A stretch of DNA of 64,000 bases, taken from contig JBHGNT010000004.1 of assembly GCA_043228905.1 (NCBI GenBank), positions 3,658,001-3,722,000 of the forward strand. The letters run 5' to 3'. Of this stretch, positions 48,600 through 61,008 are shown one piece after another. This stretch comes from Azolla caroliniana (taxonomy: Eukaryota; Plantae; Polypodiophyta). A model generated the notes under the pieces. It was not told the origin of the DNA, made no database searches, and worked only from the letters and a program-made list of their open reading frames with translations. Position numbers and translations under genes: made by a program. The stretch's first letter is position 1; each line of letters starts with the position of its first letter.

Positions 48600-50604
48600 A
48601 CATGAGGAGCGCATACGATACTGCGACGACACGCAGAAGGGACTCCTGTGTATTGCCCTTTCCTACTTCTCTAGTCATAGATCTCACGGTGGACTTCTTT
48701 CTCTCTTCTGATACAGAACGGAAGTTACATTTGGAGGTGGATCGCCTGCAACATCATTCAATTTTTATCTATGCTTTGGGAGGTCGTCCAAATCGTGCAA
48801 ATCTATGTCACTTGTTGCAGGCTCGTTTGCAAGGTGAGTTGGCATAAATTCTAGACATCCAATTTCTCCATAAGGGCTACTACCATGTTGAATTGATTAG
48901 TGGTGATATGGTAGATAACTGCTTCTATTGGGTAGTGTTAAGCTAAGGGGAAAATGGATGCAATTTTTAAAATGATATGCTAGATTCGATTAGGATGACA
49001 TGAGTGATACAATTTCTAGGAAATATGTTTTCTTTGCAATGTTTCCGGCCTTACCCAAAGAGTGGCGACCAATAATAAAGGATCTTTCTTTTTTTTAGTG
49101 GCACTTGTTGCAAGCTCGTTTGCAAGGTGAGTTGGCATAAATTCTCGACATCCAATTTCTCCGTAAGGGCTGCTACCATGTTGAATTTATTAGTCGTGAT
49201 ATGGTAGATAAACTGCTTTTGTTGGGTAGTGTTAAGATAAAGGGAATATCGATGCAATTTTTAAAATGATATGTTGGATTCGATTTGGATGACATGAGCA
49301 ATACAATTTCTAGGCGATTTGTTTTCTTTGTAATGTTTCCGGCCTTACCCAAAGAGTGGTGACCAATAGAGGTGAGATGAAAGATACACCTTAGTATATG
49401 ACTTGAGAAATGTACATAGAGAAAACAGAAGGAGACATTTCATCTCACCTCTATTGTGATACAAAGGCTAATACCTGAACATCTGATCAAACAAATGATA
49501 TCACATAAGAAACAACTGGAGCAAAAACTACAAGCTCTGCAACAAAAAAGAAGGTATTGCATAATTCCATCTCAGACTAGAAGTTGTATCTGAAAATAAG
49601 TGAAGTCCTTGCCATCGCTTCTTAAAACCCACTTGACGTTGCCATAGAACATCAGGTGAACCCTACAGATCATCATATTGACCACGTAGTGTATGGAGAA
49701 ATAACAACCATAATTCAATAAGCATGCTGTGGAGATGTATGTAAACATGATTAGAAACGACATTACATCTCGCTTTCCATATTATCCAAAGAGCTAATGA
49801 CATAAGAGTAATAAAGGATCTTGCTGCTATCATTGGGCAATTGGTAGATGACTATGTAGAAATTGATAGATTTAATGCAAAAAATCAGAATTTGCCAATA
49901 ATGAGGTTGTTAGGGTAGACCAATATGGTTCTTCCTTCTTCAATTACATCGCCAACATTAGTTGGGGGCAAAGTGCGAGTGCTGGATTGCAAAATCAATG
50001 CTTCAAATGTAGGAAAATTGGTCATATGGCAAAAGATTATATTTCAGTAGAATTCACATAATGGGGATAGTATGGAGAAATTTAAAGATAAGGTGGCTAC
50101 ATATGTGGTGGATGATTGGACTATGGTGAGAAAAGGAAAACTTGGTCTTCTTGCGAAGAATGTGGCGCTTTCCAATAAAAGGGTTCCAACAGGAAATAGG
50201 TGGACCCATTGATGCTCTCACACAAACATTACCAATGGATGATGTTTTGGTTGAGGGGGTAGATGGAGGCTCTATTACTAAACACAAATCTAATACGAAT
50301 TATATTATAGATAGCGATCTTTCTACTTCGTCAATGGACATAAGAGTTAATAATTTACTAGACTCTTTGGTGGTTGGGGCTCCACCTAAGGGTAACCATA
50401 CCTTGGTGCACTATGACAAGGGTTTAGGGAAGAAGGGAGATGAAACCTTTCCATTAGTTGTATACGAGGAAAAGAAAGTTCTCACGGTAATTCAGGAAGA
50501 CTCTATTGTGGAAAAAAATGGCGAAGTGGTTAACTTGTTGCAAATTGAGACCACTAAAAGTTGTCACTTGTCAAGGGAGGAGCCCCATAACTACAATGCG
50601 CGTA
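48600..50604 (+). mobile_element. Highly decayed L1-type LINE ORF1 relic with an internal ~293-bp tandem duplication
   Basis: ORF1-like remnants (IQFLRKGxYHVEF; FPALPKEW; GLQNQCFKCRKIGHMAK zinc knuckle at ~49998-50035). The segment starting at 48809 is repeated at 49102. Many stops. Confidence 0.6.
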
Positions 50605-51832
50605 TGTTAGTAGGCCAGGTAAGAGTCGGACAAGTGTGGAAGTGTCGGAGTCGACAATGTTCGGAGAAACACAGAGTTGGAGTCGGATCGATGAGGTGGA
50701 TCAATGAGTCAACATTTTACATATATTAGAGTTAGTTAGAAGTTTTGGTTAGTTCTTGCCGACAAGGCAAAGTGTGATTCTTGATGAGTCTGTCTTTCGG
50801 GTCACCTATAAAAAGGGATCGAGAACATTGTAACACTATCGTTCTAGTATGAGTTTAATACAGTTATTAGTTAGTAGAAATTTGTGTTGCGTATTCTCTA
50901 AGTAATATATTGTTCTATTCGACTCAGTTATATTCTGCTCGTAATTATATTATGCCAATTAGTCGATCACGATATATTTATATGGTATCGTAAAACTGCA
51001 CAGGAAGGTAGTCCGTATTCCATTTGTAATTCCACAGTTTTTTGATAGAACCTTTGGTCCTGTTGTGCTGTCGGTCTCAGTGGTCGACTGTCGAACCGAA
51101 CAACACAATAATTTTGGCACACCCGGTTACATTTGTATTCAACAGAGAACAAGTTAGAATGGATGTCGTCTAGCCCGGAAGCACCGGTTGATCGCAAATG
51201 TCCTCACACACACTCAACAACTCAACGTGTAGGGGAGGATCTTGTCGACAATTTTCAATCTACGTAGCAGAAACGCGCTGATCGGGAGTGGTCTTCGATT
51301 CCTGATTTAACTGAAAATTATTCGGACGATGGTCAGTTCGGACAAGTTTCTTTCTACGACATCTGGGGTGACGACAATATGCCTTAGCCTTACTCGAAGT
51401 ATCGAGATGGCACGGATGCAGAAGCACACATTAGGAAACTCTTGACAACATGAGAAATAAACCATGGAGCTCAGTGACTGTTGGCGGAAGTTGAAGATAA
51501 GTCTAAAATTGCTGAGTTTGTTTTGTCCTTGGATGGTCCGTCGGCAAATTGGTTTGCCTAGAACGGCATCAGCGCTGTCGTAGTGTAATTCACACACTAT
51601 GTGAAAATTGCATTTTTGTTCCTACGGATTAGATAAGGAGGAACTGGTAAGGAGAACCAGTGAGAACCTGATGAAGGAGGACCCGGTAAGGAAAACCTGA
51701 TGAAGGAGGACCCGATAAGGAGAACCGGTAAGAACCGGATCAATTAGAACCGACAAGAGCCGGATAAAGAAGGCCGGTGAGAGTCTCTCACCGGATTAAG
51801 AGACAAATTTGTAAAAAAAAAAAAGATTGTTA

Positions 51833-51906
51833 CATGCATAGGGAAGGATTCAAACCCTATACCTCCACGTAGACAAACCCCAACCTTACCATTGCACTAA
51901 CTTATC
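51833..51906 (-). promoter_or_regulatory. tRNA-like Pol III A-box/B-box cassette in LTR B (copies also at ~56475-56545 and ~60940-61005)
   Basis: Minus-strand TAGTGCAATGG (51899-51889) and GGTTTGAATCC (51856-51846). The 3' LTR copy has a consensus GGTTCGAATCC (60955-60945). Confidence 0.6.
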
Positions 51907-53389
51907 CTAAGTGTTCTAAATATAGATTTAATATATATAAGACCTTTATTTACGCCTACCTTTATTAAAAGGTAAGTCATGCATTTTTAGAATGCGTGAA
52001 TACTTTATTTATAAGAAAAATGTACACTAATAAAAAATTACTCATGCACATCTAGCGAGCATGAGCACTATATTTAGGAAATAAAAGCTTAGTGTAAAAG
52101 GCAACTCATACACACTATATTTAGAAAAAGCATGAAGCTATGCTTAGCCTCTGCCATCTTTATATAAGGAGGAGAGAGAGATGTATGGGGTTGTTGATTA
52201 TTTTACAAGGATTGATCAATCTAATATATTCGTGGGATTCACGAGTTTATCATCAAAATTCTCTTTCTTACAATCTAAATATTGATTAAATACACTAAAC
52301 ACGTGGGATTCACAAGTTTTATTTCTTACTTCTCTTTCTACCTATTCATAACTAGCCTTATATTGTATTCTTCTTTCTCCTAGTCCAAAACCTCAATGGT
52401 TCCCACCCGACTCATGCAACGATCTGGAGCCGAAAGGCACGACACAAGTGGTGAGCCTGACGTGAAACCAGGTGGCAAGGAGATGGAAAATCAACCGGGG
52501 GCTAACAACATGATGGCGATGTTTGAGCGGATGCTACGAGAACAACGTGCGATGTCGGAGATTGCGGCGGCTGTAGAGCGGCTCGTGCAACGGAACGGGC
52601 AATTCAACGGGAAAGACGTGTCGCGATATTTGCGAGATTACAAGGCGGAAATGCTACGGTGTGGGATTTCGGAAGGACTGCAAGTGACATCCTTCAACCG
52701 GGTGGCGACCGACGGGCTTCAAGGGAGTATCCACGGGATACGGCAGCAAAATCCGACGTGGGAGGCATTTGAAGAGGTGCTAAAGACCACGTTTGCCATT
52801 GAGGACTCCTCCAAGGCAACGAGGAGGGGATTCGAAGATTGGGTGGAAACACCAGATAAGGGGATGAAGGTCCTCGATGTGTTTTCGTCATTCGAAAGTC
52901 GGTTCGGGAGGTTGTCTGCGAGAGATCAAGCTATCCTCGCACCAAACAAAGTGATCATGTTCCTACGACCCGTGGACATCCGAGACTGGAAAGATCTTGG
53001 AGTGCTTTTGGAGGACACGACCACTGAGAGTGGCCTCACCAATGTTAGGATCAGTACTAAGACAGAGAAGGAATTAGTACTAAAAGATGAGGATTAGTAC
53101 TAAGAGAGGTGTAGAACTCTCGAGAGAAGGAAAGAGTGAGCGAGAGAGAGAGAGAGATAGAGAGAAAGAAAGGGTGAGAGAATGATGATAAAAGATATAT
53201 ATTATGTGAAGAGAGTATACAATAGTAGCTAGGAGGCTTAAGACTGGCGTTGAACCGATTTGGTTTGAAATAATGCCTTGTGCCTCCTTTTATAGTGTTC
53301 TTAGGAGAACTCCTGAAGTTTCTAGAATGTTTTAGAGAAATCTGGAATATACATCAATTTTCTATAATAATATAAATAATAAGTATTAC

Positions 53390-53458
53390 AATGTGTGGTC
53401 TAATGGTCAAGAGCTCGACCCATGTAGCATAAGGTCATGGGTTCGAGTCTTGCCGTAT
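53390..53458 (+). promoter_or_regulatory. tRNA-like Pol III A-box/B-box cassette in LTR C
   Basis: TGGTCTAATGG (53396-53406) and GGTTCGAGTC (53440-53449) at tRNA-like spacing. Confidence 0.6.
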
Positions 53459-54061
53459 CATGACACTATCCTCCCTTTAAAACGACGAGTGTCATGAGTC
53501 GTTTTGGATTGAGGACCCGGTTTGTCTAGATATTGACGATGGAATTCTTCAAGAAGACTCTCTGGGACTATATCCTCGCCAATCGACTAGATAGTAGAGC
53601 TTGTTGCGAACAATCTTGGAATCAAGGATGGCGGCAACCTCGTACTTAGGTCCATCTTCAAGCTCGATCGGGGGTGGAGGCTGTGTAATACGTCTTGGGA
53701 TGGTGCTCTCTTGATAGGGTTCGAGGAGAGAACTATGAAACACCGGATGTATCCGAAGTTGCGGAGGTAGATCGAGACGAAAAGCAACATCATTAATCTT
53801 TCCTATAATACGGAAAGGACCTAATCGCCGATAATCCAACTTCTCACATGGGTGAGTAGTCTTGATGTGTCGTCGTAGTAGCCATACCCGATCTCCAATG
53901 TTAAAACTGGATGGAAGTCGATGACGATTCGCGTAAACCTTGTGTGTTTGTTGAGCTTGTTGGAGATGAGTAGATAAATCGTCTTGTATAACCGCTCTAA
54001 ACGATCCTCTACGCAAGGATTCTGGGGTTTCAAATACACACCACCAAGGGTGACAACCCAT

Positions 54062-54922
54062 TGTCATGGCGTGGCTTGCCTAGAAGCGTAGTGTTGCGTA
54101 GACAAAAGATATTGTGAAAGTGAGGAAGGAATCACTGGGATTATGGACAAAAGAGACGAAAGAGTAGAGATAGAGTAAATAGAGATCAACAAGATATGAC
54201 AAGCTAGGATATTGAATGATATTTGAAGGAATAAAAGAGATTTATAATTATTTGATGAAAGAGTTACAAAAGTGGTTGTAAGCGTCGTTGATCCTTTGAA
54301 CTTGGTCTCACAAGATAATCGCTCTTCTCTTTCTTGATAGTAGGCCACAACAATCTTCACTTCAATATTTTGATGAAGATAAGGCTCAAACCGCCTCCCT
54401 CTTGTTGAGAGTTGACCACCACGATCACCAAGCTAGAGCTCCACCTTTATGTTGAACTTCTTCCTTTCTTTCTCTATTTTATGTTATCTCTTATGTAATA
54501 TATATTTGATTGATATCTCATACCTCTCCCCCTTTGATCTTCTCTTTCACCATTTAAATAGGTGACCCCATGCATATGATGCATTGGAGGGTACAAGTCA
54601 TGCATGTGATGCATGATAGGCATCTCGCTCATTTGAGCTTTCATGTATGAAAAAATATATGGCATAAGAATAAACAAACAAAAATATAGTTTTAAAAACA
54701 GGATCTAGCCTAATGGTAGGTGTGTTGACTTTGGTATAAGAGGTTGTGGGTTTGAGTCTCTCAAATATTATTGAATACAACATGTAACGTCGTTTTTATA
54801 TCATGAAGCAAATCCTTTATTCTAAATATATTATTAGTATAGAGTAAATCGTAAGATTTGAAAGTCATAGGGTGGGGTTATTGGTTCAAGTCCTCTCTTG
54901 TTCGTGTAATATAATATATTTA

Positions 54923-54959
<37 letters not shown>

Positions 54960-55094
54960 TTTCTTTACATATATATAATATTATCATATGTGTTGTTAAT
55001 ATTATCTTTATATATAAAACATTATCAAATTTTATTTTAGTTACGTATTTATCTTATTGTAGACTTTTAATGTGAAGCTTTCTACTTCATGACA
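54062..55094 (-). mobile_element. Solo LTR (family D, 1033 bp) inserted in the integrase of element C
   Basis: TGTCATG...CATGACA termini and flanks CCAT/CCGT. Removal restores TPFYAYT-GCHPWW. TATA-like CTATTTAAAT on the minus strand at ~54552-54561. Confidence 0.85.
54700..54897 (+). promoter_or_regulatory. One clear and one degenerate tRNA-like A-box/B-box cassette in solo LTR D
   Basis: TAGCCTAATGG (54706-54716) with GGTTTGAGTC (54749-54758), and a second B box GGTTCAAGTCC (54883-54893). Confidence 0.5.
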
Positions 55095-56137
55095 CCGTAT
55101 AAGCATAAAATGGTGTAACTTTAGTTGATGTGTGGACAGAGTTATTATAGGCAAATTCGGCGAAGTGGAAAATATCTGCCCAGTCATCCTGATGATAGCT
55201 TAGAAAGCACCGAAGATACTGCTCCAGTGTTTGATTTGTTTGTTCTGCTTGGCCATCGGTTTGTGGGTGGTAGCCGGAGGAGAGGTTACAAGTGACCTTG
55301 AGCATTTTAAAAAGGTGCTTCTAGAATTTTGATACGAACTGGGGTCCACGGTCGCTGATGATACTATCGGGAAGGCCATGATGCCGACATACTTCACGCA
55401 TGACAATTTCAGCGGTTTCTTCACTAGAGATTTCCTTAGTACATGGCAAGAAATGAGCCATCTTTGTATATCGATCTACGCCTGTTAGAATCGCATTGAA
55501 CCCTTTAGAGACTGGAAGATCTGTGATGAAGTCTAGAGCAATGGATTGCCACGGCTTGCTTGGAATTGGTAATGGTTCTAATAAACCATATGGATGATGC
55601 CTTGGCATTTTTGCTCTACAGCATGTATCACAAGTTCGAACAAAATCTTCGACAAATTGTTGCATATGGGGCCACCAGAATGATCGTTGTACTAAATCTA
55701 ATGTTTTAGTACTACCAAAATGCCCAGCTGTATATGTGTCATGACAGTTTTGGACTACTCGAAGGTGGCAAGAACCATTAGGAACATGCAAGAGTTCATT
55801 AAAGAATAGTAATCCATCATGGTATTTGAATTGCTGATAGTCCGTACCTGGTGGTTACGACTGTGAACAAGATGCTCGAAGGGGATCAATTTGTGCTAGA
55901 ATGGCTTGCGCGAAAGCATCGGTCTTCAAGTCGTCACGTATAGTATTGATAACGTGGGAATCCATGGGCATGCCAAAGACCTATGTTGCTTGCAATCGTG
56001 TCGGTCCCAAGATTACTTGCTTTTGGTTATCAAAAGCTAGCTCGCTGGGACGCGGTGTTAGTTACAAACGCTGTGATAATGCATTTGCCTTCCCTTGGTG
56101 CTTCCCCGGACGATATGTAATTTTGAAGTCGAAACGC

Positions 56138-57025
56138 TGTCGTAGTGTAATTCGCACACTACGTGAAAAATTACATTTTTCGTTCTCCGGATAGGATATG
56201 GAGTACCCAGTGAGAACCAGAAGGAAGAACCGGTGAGGACCGAAACCGGTAAGGAGACCGACAAGAGCCGGATGAAGAAGGCCGGTGAGAGTCGGTGAGA
56301 AACGGACGAAGAGGACCGGTAAGAAGGATCTGGTAAGAACCGGATAAAGAAAACCGGCGAGAACCGAAGGAAGCAGAACTAGCAAGAGCCGGATGAAGAA
56401 GGCCGGTGAGAGTCTCTCACTAGATGAAGAGACATATTTGTAAATAGAAGAAAGTATAAAATTATATATTACATGCATAGGGCAAGATTCGAACCTTGCA
56501 CCTCCATGTTAATAATGTTAAGCCTTATCATTATACTAGCGTATTATGAATTTTAAAGTTATACTAAACTTTATCCCATGTAAAATTTCTAAACATGCAT
56601 GGTACAAAAAGTTATTCATGCATAGACACTCGAGTTAGAAGAAAGGATGAGATAGAAAGCTAATCATGCACATGCAATGTGCATGAAAACTAAAGATAGG
56701 AAAAGCATGATGCTTGCATGTGATAAACTTAGACTCTTCCAACACTATATAAGAGAGAAAGATGTATAGAGGTTGTTGATTATTTTACAAGGGTTGATTA
56801 ATATAATATAATTGTGGGATCCACGAGTTTGCTAACTATTTTCCTCTCTTAATTTGAGTACTCACTAATACACTATACTTGTGGGATTCACGAGTTTTTC
56901 ATATCTTTCTTTCTTACAATGTATTTCATATTCTTAATTGCCTTAGAATTTTCTTTCCTCCTAGTCCAAAACCCCAGCGGTTCCCACCCGACTCACGCAA
57001 CGATCCGGAGCCGCAAGGCACGACA
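56138..57025 (+). mobile_element. Solo LTR related to family B (888 bp) inserted in the RNase H of element C
   Basis: TGTCGTAGTGTAATTCGC...GCACGACA with flanks ACGC/ATGC. Removal restores HFLT-R-FDFKITYRPG. Confidence 0.9.
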
Positions 57026-60000
57026 ATGCGTGAGGAAGTGGGCCACCAAGCTTGACGTCGATTTAACACACGAGCGTCCTGAAAGTAGGCAAGGTTTTTG
57101 TGGTCACTGAATACGGTGACTTGATGAGAGGATCCCTCTAGAAAATACCTCCATTGCGTAAAAGAGTCCCCTATTGCCAATAGCTCCTTATCATGAATTT
57201 CGTAGTTGATTTCGGTGGCGTCAAACTTGCGTGAGTGAAAAGCCACAGGATGTAGCTTCTCATCATTACCCCATTGTGACAGAATGCTCCCCAATGCGAA
57301 ATCCGATGCATCTGCTTCGATAATGAATGGTTCTTCATGAAGATCGACTTACGAGGAGCCTATAACCTCGTACAGATCCGACCAGGAGATGAATGGAAGA
57401 CCGCGTTTCGCACCAGATATGGGCACTTCGAGTATACGGTCATGCCGTTCGGCCTCACTAATTCGCCAACAGTCTTCCAACACATGGCAAATGATATATT
57501 CTGAGATCTCTTGGATGTTTTTTTGATCATCTATTTGGATGATCTACTGGTTTATTCGAAGACCCAAGAAGAGCATGATTCTCATGTACTGTTAGTACTA
57601 AAACGACTTTGAGAACATGGTCTTTATGCAAAGCTGGAAAAATGTAGTTTTGGGTGCAACCAGGTGGAATTTCTGGGCTATGTCATTTCCTCGGAAGGCA
57701 TCTACATGGACCCAGCTAAGGTTAAAACTATGGTAGAGTGGCAGACTCCGCGTTCGGTGCGAGATGTGCAATGCTTTTTAGGCTTTGCCAATTTTTACCG
57801 GAAGTTCATACAAGATTACTCAAAGCTCGTTCTGCCTCTCACACAACTTACTAGGAAATAGAAGGAATTAGTAATAAAAGATGAGGAATAGTACTCAGAG
57901 AGGTGTAGAACTCTCGAGAGAAGGAAGGAGTGAGCGAGAGAGAGAGATAGAGAGAGAGAAAGGGTGAGAGAATGATGATAAAAGATATATATTATGTGAA
58001 GAGAGTATACAATAGTAGCTAGGAGGCTTAAGACTAGTGTTGAACCGATTTGGTTCGAAATAATGCCTTGTGCCTCTTTTTATAGTGTTCTTAGGAGAAC
58101 TCCTGAAGTTTCGAAGAAGAATGGGTCACTCTGATTTATCCAAGACTTGCAACTGGTGAACAAGGTCAAGATCCAGAACTCCGGAGTTGGTCCGATAGTG
58201 GACGAATTTGCGGAATCATTTGCCGGTCGTGTGATATACTCCATCGGAGACCTATACTCAGGGTATGACCAATTCCAACTAGCCGTGGAAAGCTGAGACA
58301 TCACTACCATGCAGACACCGATAGGATTAGTCCGAATGTGCACTCTACCACAAGGAGCGACAAACTCGGTTGCACATATGATGAACGCAATGAACAAGGT
58401 GCTTCAAGATTGCATTCTGGAGATAACGATGCCGTTCCTAGATGACATTCCGATGAAAGGATGCACGGTAGAAGAAAAAGATGAAACTATGGATGATCGG
58501 GGATGCCGAAAGTTCATAGTCGACCATATTCGTGATTGTGAGAAAGTGCTTCGAAAGTTAGAAGATGTGCACCTAACACTTTCCGAGGAGAAATCGGCAT
58601 CCGGGCAAGAAGGGATATTGGTAGTCGGACATCTATGTGGGCCCTACGGCCGAAGACCGTCACCAACCAAGATCGATGTGATTCAAGCTATGAAAGATGT
58701 ATGCGAGTCACAATCCAAAGTCCGAAGGTTTCTTGGAGCTTGTGCATTTTATCACATATGGATTCTGCACTATGCACATATTGCGGACCCACTCTATCAC
58801 TTATTGCGGAAGGGGAAGAAGTTAGAATGGAAATCGGAACACACCAAAGCCATGAAAAAGCTCAAGAAAACACTACGGAGGGCTGAAGCACTTAAGAAAC
58901 CGAGCTATGAGCGACTGATCATAGTAACGGTTGATACAAGTCCAACTAGGATCGGATGGGTCATCAATCAAGCCGACTCGGATGGTTTGCGATATCCGAT
59001 CCGATTCGGAGCAAAGGTTCTCAACGAATGGCAGCACAGATATGCACAAGTCAAAAGAGAATTATGGGGAGTCGTGTCAGCAATCAAATCGGATCGAGAT
59101 TATTTGATTGGAGCCGAAGTAGTGATTGAAACGGATTGTCTTCTGATACTCGGGATGATGCGGTGTTGCACGATACCGGATGTGGCTATGCTAAGATGGA
59201 TTGCATATGTTAAGTCGCTTAACGCGGACGTACTACACATCTCCGGAAAAGACAATGCGGTAGTGGATATGCTATCAAGGGCTTGGTTCGGAGACGACAT
59301 AGCCGAATCCGATAATGAAGAAATTTCTGAAGACTACTTTGCTTCAGAGCACATATGCTGAGTAAATGTAATCCAAGAATTCTGAGAAGAAGAATACGAG
59401 GGAGAAAGCTTGATGATCAAGAAGGTGCTACAAGAGATTGAGGAATCATCGGAAGATAAAGAGAAGAGAGCTGAGATCCGAAGGAAGAAGAGGCAAGTCC
59501 AAAAGTTCTTCTTGAAAAATGGATTAATATGGAGGGAGCCGAAAATACCGGATGGCATACCACTTCGGGTAGTCGGGACGAAAGAGCAACGAAACTAGAT
59601 AATGTCCGAGTTTCACGAATCCAATTGGGTAGGACATCGAGGAACATGGACAACTTTTGTGGAAATCAAACAAAAATATTGGTGGAAGAATATGCACAAA
59701 GATATAGTGGAGTTCATAGAAAGCTGAGAGAAGGGTCAAATCTACTCCAGAGTTTGACATTGAGATGAGTTACATCCAACATTCTCACCGACAATCAACT
59801 TCAAATGGATGGTCGAACATTGTAGCCATGCCAACCGGGATCGGACAAAAGAAGTACTTGGTGTTAGCTCGGGAAGATCTCACAAACCAAGTAGAAGGTC
59901 GGGCGGTACGAAGGAAAACGTGTTTTGCGGTATGCCAATTTCTTTTAGAGGAGGTGTTTTGTAGGTACGGGTGTGTAGGACAAGTGATTGCGGATAAGGG

Positions 60001-61008
60001 AGAACTCGACTTTGATAAAGCTAGGGAATTCTTCACCAAACATGGAGTTCGGTTAACACTAACAACGACATACAATCAGGACCGGACAAGCACCGGTAAT
60101 GCCGACAGAAGTCACAATTGCGACATGGATAGTGCTGCCGTGGAAGGAAGGGATGAGCTGGGAAGAATTACTAGCAGTCCGGATACGACAACTGGAAGGA
60201 AGACCGGAAGACATAGCTGAAGCAACATGCCGACAATAGGAAGCACGATTCCAGAACAAAAGCCGATTCGACGGAAAGCATCGACTATGGCCACGAAAGA
60301 TTAAAGAAGGAGATTGGGTGATTGTCTATGACAACAGTTTGGATCATCAACATACAACAATACGGAAGTTCGCTAAGAGGTGGTTCGGGCCATACGAGGT
60401 TTGGAAAGTTTTCGACAACGGAACTTACCGACTATGCAAGTTGGATGGAACAATACTATGAGTGCCTATCGCGGGGAAACAGGTGAAGATTTTTAAGAAG
60501 CAGATTGACGGTGAACCTTATGTAAGCTTAGACAAAACCGACAACAAGGAGCAATCGGACACAACTCGTGGTGATGTAGAAAGCGAAGAAAGTGGTCTAC
60601 AATTGATAGTTGATATAAGGGAGGAATTGGGAAGTGCTACGGATGAAGACGAACAACAGGCATCGGGAACTTCGACACATACCGGAGGATGTGCGGGTTT
60701 GGAGGGGGCGAGTGTCGTAGTGTAATTCGCACACTACGTGAAAATTGCATTTTTGTTCCTACGGATGGGATAAGGAGGAACTGTATGAAGGACGACCCGG
60801 TAAGGAGAACCGGTGAGAACCAAATGAAGGAGGAACCGGTAAGGAGAACCAGTAAGAACCGGATCAATCAGAACCGGCAAGAGCCGGATAAAGAAGGCCG
60901 GTGAGAGACTCAAATTTGTAAATAGAAGAAGAGATTGTTACATGGGATTCGAACCCTGTACCTCCACATAGACAAACCCCAACCTTACCATTGTACTAAC
61001 TTATCCTA

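Larger units (their letters stand above)
53043..58110 (-). mobile_element. Nested chromovirus (Tcn1-like) element C, rearranged: 3' LTR 53043-53465, chromodomain-INT-RH on minus, inverted RT, partial second LTR 57860-58110
   Basis: LTR TG...CA with PPT AAAGGGAGGATAG (53478-53466). Chromodomain YEVAAILDSKIVRNKLYYLVDWRGY, GPF motif, INT HHCC and [49 protein letters not shown]...MPFGLTN...YLDD lies on the plus strand at 57336-57860. Confidence 0.88.

Noticed and set aside
52396-53097. 233-aa ORF (and 62277-62555 with the same N-terminus) as real genes
   Set aside because: Chimeras. The shared N-terminus is the LTR B end read into two different gag fragments.
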